DNA from: Diploschistes diacapsis
Taxonomy: Eukaryota
Direction: 5' to 3'
Length of the DNA: 47,767 bases
Assembly: GCA_023645945.1 (NCBI GenBank)
Contig: JALAIB010000019.1
Span: 1-47,767, forward strand
A model generated the notes under the pieces. The model was not told the DNA's origin, did not search any database, and saw nothing but the letters and a program-made list of their open reading frames with translations. The position numbers and the translations under genes were made by a program. Position 1 is the stretch's first letter. Each line of letters starts with the position of its first letter. Of this stretch, positions 33,301-44,129 are shown piece after piece.

Positions 33301-34899
33301 TCTGAGGAACTTGAGATGCAAGAGTCTCAACCTCAGTATACAACGCCGTCCTCGCCATCTACGGCATCTCCGCAAAGACATCGACCGCTCACTCGCGCTC
33401 AGTCAAGGCTGCAAGCCCAACCAACTAACGACCGTGTCACTATCGAAGAGAAGGCTAATGCGCTGATCAAGCGAAGAAGGAACTTAGCCACCCAATATCC
33501 ACATACGCCTGATGCTTCTCAGCAGGTTGAAGAAAACCCGTCCTCGCCAGTACCAGATCTCACCGAAGCGAGTTTGCCGACTCCACGTCTTACTCAGAAG
33601 CCAACTGTCGACTTCATGGAAATCTCTAAGGAAGTAACTGATGATTTGATGGAACTCTCGCAAGAGGGATACCACGAAACTTCAACCGGAATATCTTCAT
33701 CGGAAGGGACTGACGATAATCAGAGCACTCCCAAGCCTACGAGAATGCGGGAAACAGTACCATCCGAGCCACCAATGGTCCCACAAGGGTTGCAAGACGA
33801 AGCTAGCCAAATTGAATTCTTCTCGCAGCAGCTTCCGAGCTCACCACGAACTACAACTAGCCTAAAACCGGCCCCCACCCCCTTAGACCCGGGTCCAGTC
33901 GCCACCCAGCAGTCACCCCTCGGCTTTCGTACTCCATTGTCATACTATGTTCACCTACCATCACTCCATCAGCACCTCAACCGCAAGGTCGATTGCCTCA
34001 CAGTCTGCATATTTGCTACAAAACCAAGACGCGCCCGCTCAGGCCCGAGAGACTACACTCAAACTCTCTATCTGAGCGACCCATCCTCCTCCATCACCCC
34101 CACTCCAATCACAACAGTTCAGCTTTTCCGACCATACTCCCGCGCCTTGCCCTCTCCCAAGCCTGGCGACGTAGTACTTCTAAGGGAATGTAAGGCCACG
34201 AGCCAAAATCCTCAGCAGGGCAGGGAGAGGAGGGTAATGCTCACCAGCACGAGTGCCAGTGCATGGGCTGTCTGGAAAGCCGATGTAGTGGAGGAGGCAG
34301 GGAAGATGGAGGTCAAAGGGCCGCCAGTGGAGATCGGCGCAGAGGAGAGGGGCATGTTTAGGGGTTTAAGTGCGTGGTGGGTGAGCTTGGGTGAGGGGGT
34401 TAGGGAAAGGATTAAGGACGCCATACCGAGCTCCGGTAAAGAAAGGGATGAGGAGGCCGAGGACAACGGTAAGGCGCAGAGGCCCGAGGATTCTAAAGCG
34501 GATGGACAAGCAAAGGCACAGGAGACGGGAAGGATGAGGGAAATAACCCCGGTCGCTAAGGTGCAGAAGGGGAAAGAAAGGGAGAAGACCCCGGACAGAA
34601 AAACACAAAAGGCGAGTCATAGGAAGAGCACAGAGCCTGTAATAATCAGCCCGAGGAGGGAAACTGCGGCCACGGAGAAGCCGAATGCCCGGCCAACCAG
34701 GCGTACATTGAGGAGCGGGATGGAGTACTCGGACGAGGCAGCACTCAGGCGGAGGTCCAGAGGCGGGAGGGGCGTTAGCGGTGATATCGCTGTTGTGCAT
34801 GAACTGAGGGACGGTACGCAATGGACCGATGGCAACATCGATATCAACACGGTGCACAAACTGAGGGACGGTACGCAATGGACCGACGACACCGTGTGA
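30304..34899 (+). CDS. Large protein with N-terminal OB-like domain, acidic disordered linker and C-terminal POT1/Telo_bind-type OB fold
   Basis: 1531 aa intronless ORF. N-terminus GAITLVWPYSSS...LLVEPDFRLRRQRGQVRI...GDEISL; C-terminus GFRTPLSYY...VDCL...SGPRDY...LSDPS...VQLFRPY..ALP...GDVVLLR...SAWAVW...GPPVE, a POT1 OB1-like pattern. Confidence 0.75.
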   Translation: MAFATKTRLPIARLEPSVDATTTYVQGAITLVWPYSSSKQTWSFLLVEPDFRLRRQRGQVRISFSGACARRTARSGIASGDEISLALDGARWEEDAAQDQTPGRSVGWTLAFGKRVIFERVREVQEGNLVDTDRMSPSPEPEQSLLSITPPGTPIEILHTPINKAISTLKRNQTAWSSPAFLKNGASPSLPFFGRAADPFWDEEGWEQGPPAKRAKFGRGSGQWRFVERTPSPDPKAQLESKAEVQSGTGVQVEQHEAQPEQGDQMRMGDETPIGQPEIQSEPGSQPQVDPEVILRQFAIGSESVFRAAPKLQGVFLTLRPTDEDAESKPPDELSLVVSERNFGSRSGDSSVNPNENEDLEMLEVADADQGHIDHAISIPDTTDEEESHEPGYADLEDQETEASVQTEIYPDLPDTRHTPTPSLATSHGQALADAQPRSSPYANLMSSPTLASSPPFKHAEARSFRENPSVLRLDVEVQRATPCPDSLSDEEAEVPDTPRLQPSPSPVGIVSPLEHQPRAQSTFSATQKWVSDSSQSSSPQPPQPPVSGEVLSISRLMRHELEEQASADETEEYSSSFATQEGEVEVLNPTFVASQSVSIGSHSGEESDGSSGDVEEVSAKFMKQEVSSVPSEMREHILRSSPAVAPRPGSQSRPIELDDDESNSEQADDLDDDESSLEQAEELHAENSVAGKGQDNSVYKDFVHVATAAVATNFAPPEDTESQPIFYDIPDLEEEATTLPEGARDEGAGPSVPQPTLQKQDTLFERMMVDIELESPPVSTTMGSEAQIEHVVRQEVDEMAEDGEAEDTRLVAHGALQVQETDDSYSSPDADGQRMPDQAKSLSDAPSYQEEEVEEEDEEEEEEAGLDEETFAGPDMPGPLGIIQDLGQKSQGIQDTYHDELDLPKSEVATKEIDVTTVSTEDNVGSSGLEKSSQILEEPIIPKDNVQVVVERATTKGREEKYRKHFEEPATEQSEDSREFHKDLERLEANEPSESAEGSEELEMQESQPQYTTPSSPSTASPQRHRPLTRAQSRLQAQPTNDRVTIEEKANALIKRRRNLATQYPHTPDASQQVEENPSSPVPDLTEASLPTPRLTQKPTVDFMEISKEVTDDLMELSQEGYHETSTGISSSEGTDDNQSTPKPTRMRETVPSEPPMVPQGLQDEASQIEFFSQQLPSSPRTTTSLKPAPTPLDPGPVATQQSPLGFRTPLSYYVHLPSLHQHLNRKVDCLTVCIFATKPRRARSGPRDYTQTLYLSDPSSSITPTPITTVQLFRPYSRALPSPKPGDVVLLRECKATSQNPQQGRERRVMLTSTSASAWAVWKADVVEEAGKMEVKGPPVEIGAEERGMFRGLSAWWVSLGEGVRERIKDAIPSSGKERDEEAEDNGKAQRPEDSKADGQAKAQETGRMREITPVAKVQKGKEREKTPDRKTQKASHRKSTEPVIISPRRETAATEKPNARPTRRTLRSGMEYSDEAALRRRSRGGRGVSGDIAVVHELRDGTQWTDGNIDINTVHKLRDGTQWTDDTV
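34795..34887 (+). repeat. Duplicated 36-nt coding motif (VHELRDGTQWTD / VHKLRDGTQWTD), period 57 nt
   Basis: 34795-34830 and 34852-34887 are nearly identical at the DNA level. Confidence 0.9.
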
Positions 34900-37500
34900 A
34901 AAGGGATATCAGGTAGCTCTTGCTGCATGCTTCTCCTTTGGCAATGGAGCAAGTACCTTGTGGGTACGGTAACCCACCATTGAAAAACTCTACGTAGATC
35001 TCCCTGCGGGTTAGCACCACGAAGTCTACCTTTCAGCTTTTGAGGTGGATATCATCGCGCCCGATCCATATCATCCATAGTACAAAAATGCACAAAGTTT
35101 TGGGGACTGACTGCCACTGCACGCGAGTTGGAAAACAACGCGGCTGCCTCTTTCATATCCTCAAGAACGAATCTTCAATACATGCTGTAAATAGTATCAT
35201 TCGTTTGCTCTCGTTTCTCGCTTCGCTCTATTGTTTGATAGATATTTCATTTCTCGAAGGCTTGGAGATGACGATTGAACGGGCGAAGGGGATAATAGGC
35301 AACATCAGTAGGATATTGTTGCTTTCTGATGCACGTATATACAAAATTAAGAAACCTAGAAATGTACTATGGAAGATGATGCCCTGTTCCCTTGGGCTTA
35401 ACCTCTCGCGCTTTTAATGAATCGAGTAAGGATTCGGGGAAAACATATAGAATAGAAATCGATGCTGTGAAACCATCGACTAACATAATATCGAATTACT
35501 TTGCTTATCATGTTACTGAGATGCAAAAAAAAACCATTCATAGATCATCGTGAAGTTATTCCGCATTCTCTGCCTGCCCACCCAACGAGTAAGCGAGATT
35601 CTTCTTTTCGGTTCCACCAGCGCCAATCACAACAGCGACAAAACCCTTTCCCCAAAGCCTGTACGGGGTTAATGTCCGAATGGTAGGACATTCTTCATGC
35701 CGGAATGCCTCCTCTTCAGCTTCTTTCCGTTGGGGCAGTGAAGTATTATGCCTGGCTTCGCATCAACAGACTCTGAAGGGGTTTGCGAGCCTACTTGCGT
35801 CTTTCCCCAGAGACTAGAGGCCCCCCCAATAGTGTAGAGCTCGTTGAGGTTCATGTCAATGGTGCGCTAAAGTTCGTGTCTTGAGTCGTGACCTATATTG
35901 TCGGGGAGCGCCTCGAGGAATTGCATCAGCTGTTCTAGCTCCGCAACAGAAAGCGACTGAGTCTCGCTTGTTGTACAAATACCGTTGCAATCCGAGGCCC
36001 CGGAAGTGCAATCTGTGATTCCGGTTGTACCTCTTGAGATGAAGAAGGCGGTGGTTGCGAATGGATGTTCCTGTCGAAATGCTCCAAGCCGTTTTTCAGC
36101 ATTATGGTGCACAGTCATATCGCTTGAGCATTCTAATTCGTTTTCTGAGTTGCAATCCATGCTGGACTCGAACAAACAGATACTGAAAACCGACAGGAAA
36201 ATAAAACAATCTAAGAAATTATGCAAGTGATTCAACGCGAAGCGCATCAAATGACAGATATTAGTTGGAAAGTCTAAATTGGTTTAGGAAAGTATGAAGA
36301 TCTATCTACTACCTAACAAGTAAGAACGAACCTTGAATAACAAACAGTGCCTCCCACGTGACACCTCTGCGCCTATCGCGCCTATCATAGGTGTATGGGT
36401 GCAGGCGTGTAAAGAGTTCTTTGAAGAATTTTAGTGTCTATGCAGTTGAATGCAAGCAAGTGCAAAGCTAGTTATCCCGGAGATTAGACTATTGGCGAAC
36501 CACCTGGTCTATGGTTAATAGCCCACCAGCCTCATCTTCCTCCCGATCACCAGGTTCATGATCGAACGAGACGCAACTTGTGCCATAACTATTGCAAGAT
36601 CAGTCATCGTATCTTCAGAGTGTTCGGGCCATCGAAACAATCAGAGCAGCGATAATCAGACTTTGCCTTTAACTTCATGATCAACCAGCATCAAGCAGAA
36701 AATGCAAGAGTGTATATGCGGCTGATGATCAGGTTACCAGAGCTTTACTATTCTTCATACAATATGCCTCTTCTTATTCATTTACTTACCAGTGATTTCG
36801 TCCTTCTTCTTTCTGCTTCGTGTACTTCACAACGAAAGTAGCCATCCCAGCCCTAATCCTCTTTCATGTCCCGTTCTTCATCAAATTTATGTCCCGACTG
36901 ACCAGGTCGTCACCGCATCATGGGAAGCCTCCGAATGGGGCTCCTCGTGATGACGGTTTTAGCAGCGGGGTGGGCGCAATCTCGACCGACACATCGGAAT
37001 TGGCAGCTGAGTGGGAGCGCTCGAGTCATGCTGCCAATGATTTGAGTTGGTGGTCTTGGATTCAAGAGAAAAGAAATCTTCGAGCAGTAGCCGGGTGTGG
37101 GCAATATCAACTGTCGGAATAATTTTGATAACTAAGCCAGCCTTGTAAGGCGAAGCGGCCGGTAGCCAGTAGGCTCGGTCTGATCTGCGATTGGACTGCC
37201 TGAATTTCATGTTTCTCGAGAGAGTCCACACGAGACATATCATATATTGCTTCTCTGCTGCAATACCGACACACCTTGATTTTATTGTGCATCTTTCGCT
37301 ATCACTGTTTTCAATATCTCCATCCTTCCACTTCGTTTCAAGGTTTTGCTTCAGCTCTAATCATAAATGATAGGTGTACACGCCTGTCCTGTCGGCTGCA
37401 CCTTGACACTCTATATTTGAACTGTCGGTTTGTTTCGGCGCACAGTCGGAGTTCGCGTTGTTCTCTCGTACGCTGTATCCTTTTGCCGTGATATTAATTA

Positions 37501-38613
37501 ATGGACAACCTCTGGCAGCGCCGATCTAAGTGCGTAGCTCTAGCTCTTGCTTATGAATAAACTAATATTGGGCAGCTCTAGCAAGCTCACTCTGACAACC
37601 TCACATTCGAACAGCAACCCCAAAGATGCTTTCAAAACCGACTCGCCACGCACTTTCAGCTCCGCAAAAAGATTTGGCGGCGACACTTCCTCCCACGGCA
37701 AATCGAATCCCTTCAACACACTTACACCCGGCGGAAGCAATACAATAGCATCTCCAACAGTAGGGGGGTCAACTGCGTTTGGGCTTGGGTCTGGTGCCTT
37801 TGCTTCGTTTGGCTCCTCGAGCAAGGCTCCGAAAACGCCTGGTGGAGCCATTGAGACACAACCGGTGCAAGAGAAAGCCACAAGCAAGCCTGCCGAAAAG
37901 GTGCAGAGCAAGACCTCTGCCTCATCACTGAACGCAAAGACCACATCCACCACGGATCATCCCTTGAAATGCTCCTGGGTGGTATGGTACAGACCGCCTA
38001 CCTCCAAGAATGCAGACTATGAAAAATCGATCACCGCACTAGCTTCGTTCTCGACTGTTGAGTCTTTTTGGGCTGTCTACACACATCTCAAGCGGCCATC
38101 TACGCTGCCTTCGGTGTCCGACTACCATATTTTCAAGAAAGGAGTTCGGCCTGTATGGGAGGACGGGGAAAACAAGAAGGGTGGGAAGTTCGTGGTCCGT
38201 CTGAAGAAGGGTGTAGCAGATCGATACTGGGAGGATCTCCTACTCGCTATAGTTGGCGATCAATTCGGCGAGGCTGGTGAAGAGGTTACCGGTGCGGTTC
38301 TGAGCGTCAGAAGCGGTGAAGATGTCCTTAGCGTCTGGACCAAGCTCGATGGGGGTAGAAATATCAGGATCCGGTAGGTCAGCGAGCGTGCTGTGAAGGT
38401 TCTTGCTGACTAGGATACAGTGAGACGATCAGACGGTTGCTTTCTTTTCCGCTCGATACGCAGCTGGTCTTCAAGAGTCACGATGCCAGCATTGCGCAGC
38501 GGACAGCGCTCGATCAAGCCAGACAGGAAAAAGTATCTGGAACTGCTTCTTCAGGTCTGAAGCGGCGGGACACTCTTGCAGAAGACTCAGCGCCTGCGAC
38601 GCCTAGGAGCTGA
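37501..38613 (+). CDS. Class II eIF4E family member (4EHP/eIF4E2-like)
   Basis: Exons 37501-37529, 37576-38373, 38421-38613. HPLKCSWVVWY, TVESFW, DYHIFKKGVRPVWED, GGK, WEDLLLAIVG. The W56-equivalent position is Tyr (ADYEK), the class II hallmark. Confidence 0.9.
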
Positions 38614-39082
38614 GCATATCGTGATGCTGGAACAGGCCTGTATTATATCGTGTCAGGGTTATGGGCGAGTTGGGCGACTAGTCGGGCTAGTCTGTTCTTG
38701 GATATGGGCTGTCTTCGTGTATGATTTATTATCATGGTGGTGGGTTAGGAAGCGTCCACTGCAAAATTTCAATGTTCTACTGGCGACCTGCATTGCTCGC
38801 TGACACTACTTCTGTAGCTATACGACATGGCTGAAACCTAGCATTGTGCAAAGAGCAAAAGTAAAGTTTGTATGTTGTTGTTGTTGGGTAGTATACTCAA
38901 TTTTGCTACTAGTTCCCCAGACGCGCTAGGTTTACTGCAGCACCACCACCACCCCACTCAACTGACTGAAGAATACTGTTAGCTCGGAGGTATCGGATGG
39001 AGGAGACACTCTCCACAAACTGTAATGCATATTTCTACCAACTTTTCTTTGTGAATTCAAATTCATCCTGCCATGCCATGCC

Positions 39083-42000
39083 ATGTCTGCAACTTCTGGA
39101 CTCAACTTCAGATCTCAAAATACCCTAAATCCATGTTGCATCTCTTTAACGTTTCAGAGCCATGGGTAAGCCTTCATCCGATGCAGATGAATTGACGCGA
39201 GAGTCTTCGGTACGTCTGGCTACGTTGATGAAGTTAGCGTTGTGTAAATGGCAACTTCTAATTTTCGTGCAGCCTTCAAAGTCAAGAGCAACACGCAACC
39301 CTTTTAAGAAACGCAGCCTCACCACGACGACAACCAGAGCGTCCGTTTCCCACCCAACGTGAGAGTTTATTCCTAAGCATGTTCAGTCAAGGGCATTCGT
39401 CACACTCTGCAGCGGCCTTTCACGTTGATGAATCCACAGACGAAAAGAGGTATCTACCCCCAGGGTCCTATGACACTGAAACGTGTGACCCCAAAGTTAC
39501 CACCATCGACGTACCTGTCTCGAAAGCCAGGCAATACTATGTCGAAATCTCACAGCAAGATGTTTCCGGGTCATTTAGCAATCGCAAGAAGACGGGCGTT
39601 GGCAAGGGATGGCAGCCAAGAAACACCTTAGATGAGAAGACAAGGGCTCCGGCCAGCAGGACAGTCTCGACGGACATTTATCGCTCAAAAGTGGCTCCAC
39701 AACGTATGAAAACCATCAGTAATGCGGGCCCTTGTCCCAAGCGACGACGGGTAGGGAGGCATGAGCACGAAAGCATCTCTGATTCCGATGGCGAGGACCC
39801 TTTGACCAAAGATACAGGACGGCTGAAGCGTCCCTCGGAGCGAAAACAGCTTCAGTCTACAGAAGATGCCAAACTCTCTATCCGGCGGCCCACTGTCTCC
39901 AAGCCAGTCATTAACAATTCGGAATATCAGAAAGTTGAGAAAAAGATGTCAAGCCAAGGATACGGCCGAAGAGGAGGGAAACATGGTAAATGGGGCATCA
40001 CAGACACGTTTCAAAGCATTTCGGACAAGTCTCCCTCAGATCATTCGGCGACAAGGACCTCACCCAATGCTCAGGATAGACGAGCCGAGGCTTCAATTAA
40101 TGCACAGATAAACGCTAAAAGCAAAATGAATGGTACATTGTCACGCTATTTCGGGCAGAAGCCGTCGTCCATCCCTGGGAAGGACATGGAAAACGCCATT
40201 GATCTAGAAGGGCTGGACCGTAATATAAACTGTACCATCCCCGCAAGCACGGTGGAAGCCAGTAACAAAAGCCATCATCACCACGATATGAGCACAGAGG
40301 GAGGGAGACAGTCCACAAATCCCCAACCGACACCACTTTCTGTTGAGTCTACAGATATGGAACTTGTGGCAAAAGCTGAGATCAAAGAGCGACCACAGCA
40401 AGCTCGACAACCCGATGTTTCGAAAAAGAAATCTGAAAGGCCAAGGGAAGCATCCGCATCGTCCAAACCCGAAGCTAAGAAAGCCCTAGCTTTTGGTATA
40501 AGGTGGTATGCTACAGATCTTCATCCACGCGGCAAAACGGGAGATTTCAGTCTAGTTTTTGATGAAACTAGGCATTGTCTTGACTTGTATTGTGAGGGTA
40601 AGCCTATTGATGAGGATCTTATACCAGCAAGGTTGATCCAGAAATGGGAATATCCCAAATTTACAGATACAACGGCAATTAAATTCCATTTGTCGATACG
40701 CGTGGGCCAGCCGCATATCATATTCATCGATTGTGCTGACCACAAGGCCTTCACTGCTCTGACACTATGTCTTCAAAACTTTGGGAGTCCGGTTCCAGAT
40801 ATTGTGTCTCAGGAGAGATACAACAAAGTGCTCGAAAAGTTCAGGCAAGGCAGAGTGAAAGTCGCCCCGCCACGAGATGATCGAGATGATCTTGAGCTCA
40901 TTAGGGAAAAGAAACGAAGAAGGGATGAGGAGAACTCCAGTCAGATGGACGACAAACAAGAACAGAAGAAGCCAAGGATTGCAACAAAACTGCGAGACCG
41001 TCTTATAGGAGGCGATGACACGCAGCAGCAGCATCAGCAGCATCATATGTACAGGGAAACCGCAGGAGGTGCTGACCCAAAGTTCACCGCAAAGGAGCTT
41101 AGCGATGCTGATGAGGCTGACCCACAGAAAAACAACCGTGCTGTCAAGAAGTATACGTGTATTGATGATATCCTAGAGCAGACTGGACATAGTGAAATAC
41201 CCAAGCGATCTGGCCTACGATCACGCAGCACCAAGCAGCCAGCATCATTGAATATTGGATCTCAATTCGATCTGGAAGATTTTCCAGAACACTTGCGATT
41301 TTCAAAGGCTCACGGTCTAGGTCGAAGATGGAGGCGGCCTCTTACCTTTCCTAAAGAAGGCAAAAAGAAAGCGACTGTTGAATTCGATGATCTACCCAAG
41401 CTCGACGAAGGCCAGTGTCTCAACGACAGTGTCATCGAGTTCTATCTTCGCTATCTGATGCACGGTATTGAGATGAAATCCCCAGAAACGGCGAAAAATG
41501 TCTATTTCTTCAATACTTACTTTTTCTCCTCTCTAAAGGGCACCTCGGGCAAGATCAACTATAACAATGTGAAGAAGTGGACGCGCAACGTGGACTTGTT
41601 CCTCTATGACTACATTGTTGTGCCTATCAATGAAAGCTTCCACTGGTATTTGGCTATCATCTGCAACTTATCTTCAATCAAGCGAAATGCGCCTTCTTTG
41701 CAAGACGACTCTGACGCAGAAATTTCAGACGCAGGTGGTGAGGAGCATGACACCACTGCGCTCACCGAAGAGGCACAAGACTCCCAAACTCCAATTGCCG
41801 AAGCGAAGGACCAGGAGAGCCATGATCAATCGGCTTCCATTCCTAAATCCGTTGTTCTTAGTGCCGCTAGCCCATTCCGCCGCGAAGCAGAGAGGACTCG
41901 AGAATCGTTCTCGGATCTGCGACTCGATGATACTTCGGAACAAAATTCTGTTACCAAGCAGAATGGAGGCCTGCCAAGGAACAGTACGGATGTAGAGCCT

Positions 42001-43260
42001 GTGAAAGAGTCTCGATCCGGTCCAGTTGCTTGTTCAATAGAAGTTAGGGTTCCAAAGCGGACCAATGAGGAGTTGGCCCTACCAACAGAGACGAACGCAA
42101 AATCTTCAACGCTCATTCAGCAAGCGAGGAGCAGTTCGAGCCAGCGGAAAAGCAAACGCAAATCAGTGGGCACGCCTCGAGTCTACAAGCCTGACCAGCC
42201 TGCGGTCATCACACTTGATTCCCTAGGGTTTGCACATCCACCAGCAGTTCGTGCTCTGAGAGAGTACTTGATTGAAGAAGCAAAGGAGAAACGTGGCGGC
42301 ATGACTTTTGATGCTAGCGAGATCAAAGGTATGACAGCGAAAGGCATACCTCAGCAATCGAACTTCAGCGACTGTGGACTCTATCTGCTAGGATATATGG
42401 ATAAATTTGTTGAGGATCCTCGAGACTTTGTTACGAGACTACTTCAGAAGCAGTATGACGAAGCAAAGGACTGGCCGAAGCTGCGGCCCAGCGACATGCG
42501 GGCACAGGTTCGAGAATTGATCCAGGGGCTCCACAAAGACCAAGAGAGCGAACGAGCTGGCAAACAAGCGAGCCTTCTTCGAGCAAGCGATACTCCTTCT
42601 CAGGGTAAGCCGCAGAAAGAGCTAGAACACCCAGTGCAAGCTTCGGAGGCTGTAGAGAAATCTCCGGAGACGCAACCACAAGACTCCAAAAACATTAGAC
42701 TGGGAGATGGACGATCTGATAACGCTGCAGATCAGCTCAACATTCCGACCCAGACACGTCAAAGTGCGCTTGCTTCGGCTCTACCTCTTGATGCATCTAT
42801 GCCTGGAGGCCAAGATGTTAGGCTACAATCGTGCTCACCAACTGCAGAAGACCATAGAAGTTGCAGTGACTTAGTCCATCCAGATCTGGAAACGGAAATT
42901 ATCGTTCCTGATAGTCAAGATGAGCAACCATCAGCTAGCCAACTCTTTCCTTGCGTCACTATTCCGGATCATCCGAGGGAGGAGCTGGTTTTACGAGAAG
43001 GAACTGCACATGATGCAGCTACAACGATCAAAGAAGATGGAGCGATGAATGTTGTTGAAGAAAGAAATACTCCGCCCATGACTTTTGAAAGGCTCCAAAA
43101 TCAGCCGGTGACTAGTTCCACGATTAGCGTGATAGATGTCAAAGCTGCTGAGGTGGCTGACGTTAGTAGCGATTCTGGTTATCGACTGGGGAAGAAAAAG
43201 AAGAGGGAAGGAAGAGGCGGGCAAGAGGGAGCTATCGAGGTCGTTACGGTCGATGCATGA
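39083..43260 (+). CDS. Ulp1-family (C48) SUMO protease, Ulp2-like
   Basis: Main exon 39273-43260 with LNDSVIEFY, FNTYFF, VPINESFHWYLAII (His), TLDSL (Asp), QSNFSDCG (Cys). Proposed exon 1 is 39083-39165 with intron 39166-39272; the start codon is uncertain. Confidence 0.9.
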
Positions 43261-44129
43261 TTTCGAGATTCTTTTTGATACCCAACTAGTTGCTCTTCAA
43301 ATATGATCCTTTCGGGATAAGAGCTATGTTATTACTACAATGATAGCATGTCTCCGTACCATTTTACAAGAATGCTATCAAATATTGAGCATATAGGAGC
43401 AAATTTGGCCCCAACATCATATACTAACTAATTAATACCTTTTTGTTTGTGCGGCTACTGTCATTCCTTGTCTTCACGCTGCCAATACTGCCCAGCAATC
43501 TATAATATTATCATAATGATGGCCTGCACTATGCGCACTACTACAACTATGCCCATACAGAATCAGCGGTATGAAGCCCGCCCGATTCCTATCGTCTACC
43601 TAAGTTTTACCACACACACCGCAAAACCTCTTGACAGGCCGATTTGATGCCACGAAGCTAGTCCGTCATCAGTAAGTAGTATCTGCTTCTGCTTTGCTCT
43701 GTGCAAGTTAGCCACATTCTGAATTTTTTACAAGCTTAATTAACGCCTCTCCCATCCTACACCGCTTGCCCTGATGATGCTTGAATGATGATTGTTCCAC
43801 GCCTTCTGGGCGTTGATAAAAAACGCTCTCATTGCTTTCCCCTTCCCTCTGCTACGTGTCTCTTTCTTATCCGCTCGGAGGTAGTCTACTTCTCTTCATA
43901 CCGCGTCGACAACTTGTAGCAGCTCTTCACAGATTCCAGAATGAGCTTCTATTTCTTTTAGCCTACTTTAGAGCGTTCCCATCTTTCACTAGCTAGAGGC
44001 CAAATTGTACTGTACGAAATATTGCATAGCCATGTCTTCAATTTCTGTCCATTCCATTCCCAGCTGTAAGAAGCCCATCGACGGTCAACCCCTTCTACGG
44101 TCCACATATTTGATCTTAATCCGCTTAAT

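Noticed and set aside
36820..37491. Short ORFs upstream of eIF4E
   Set aside because: No recognisable family or coding-like codon bias; more likely promoter or 5' leader.
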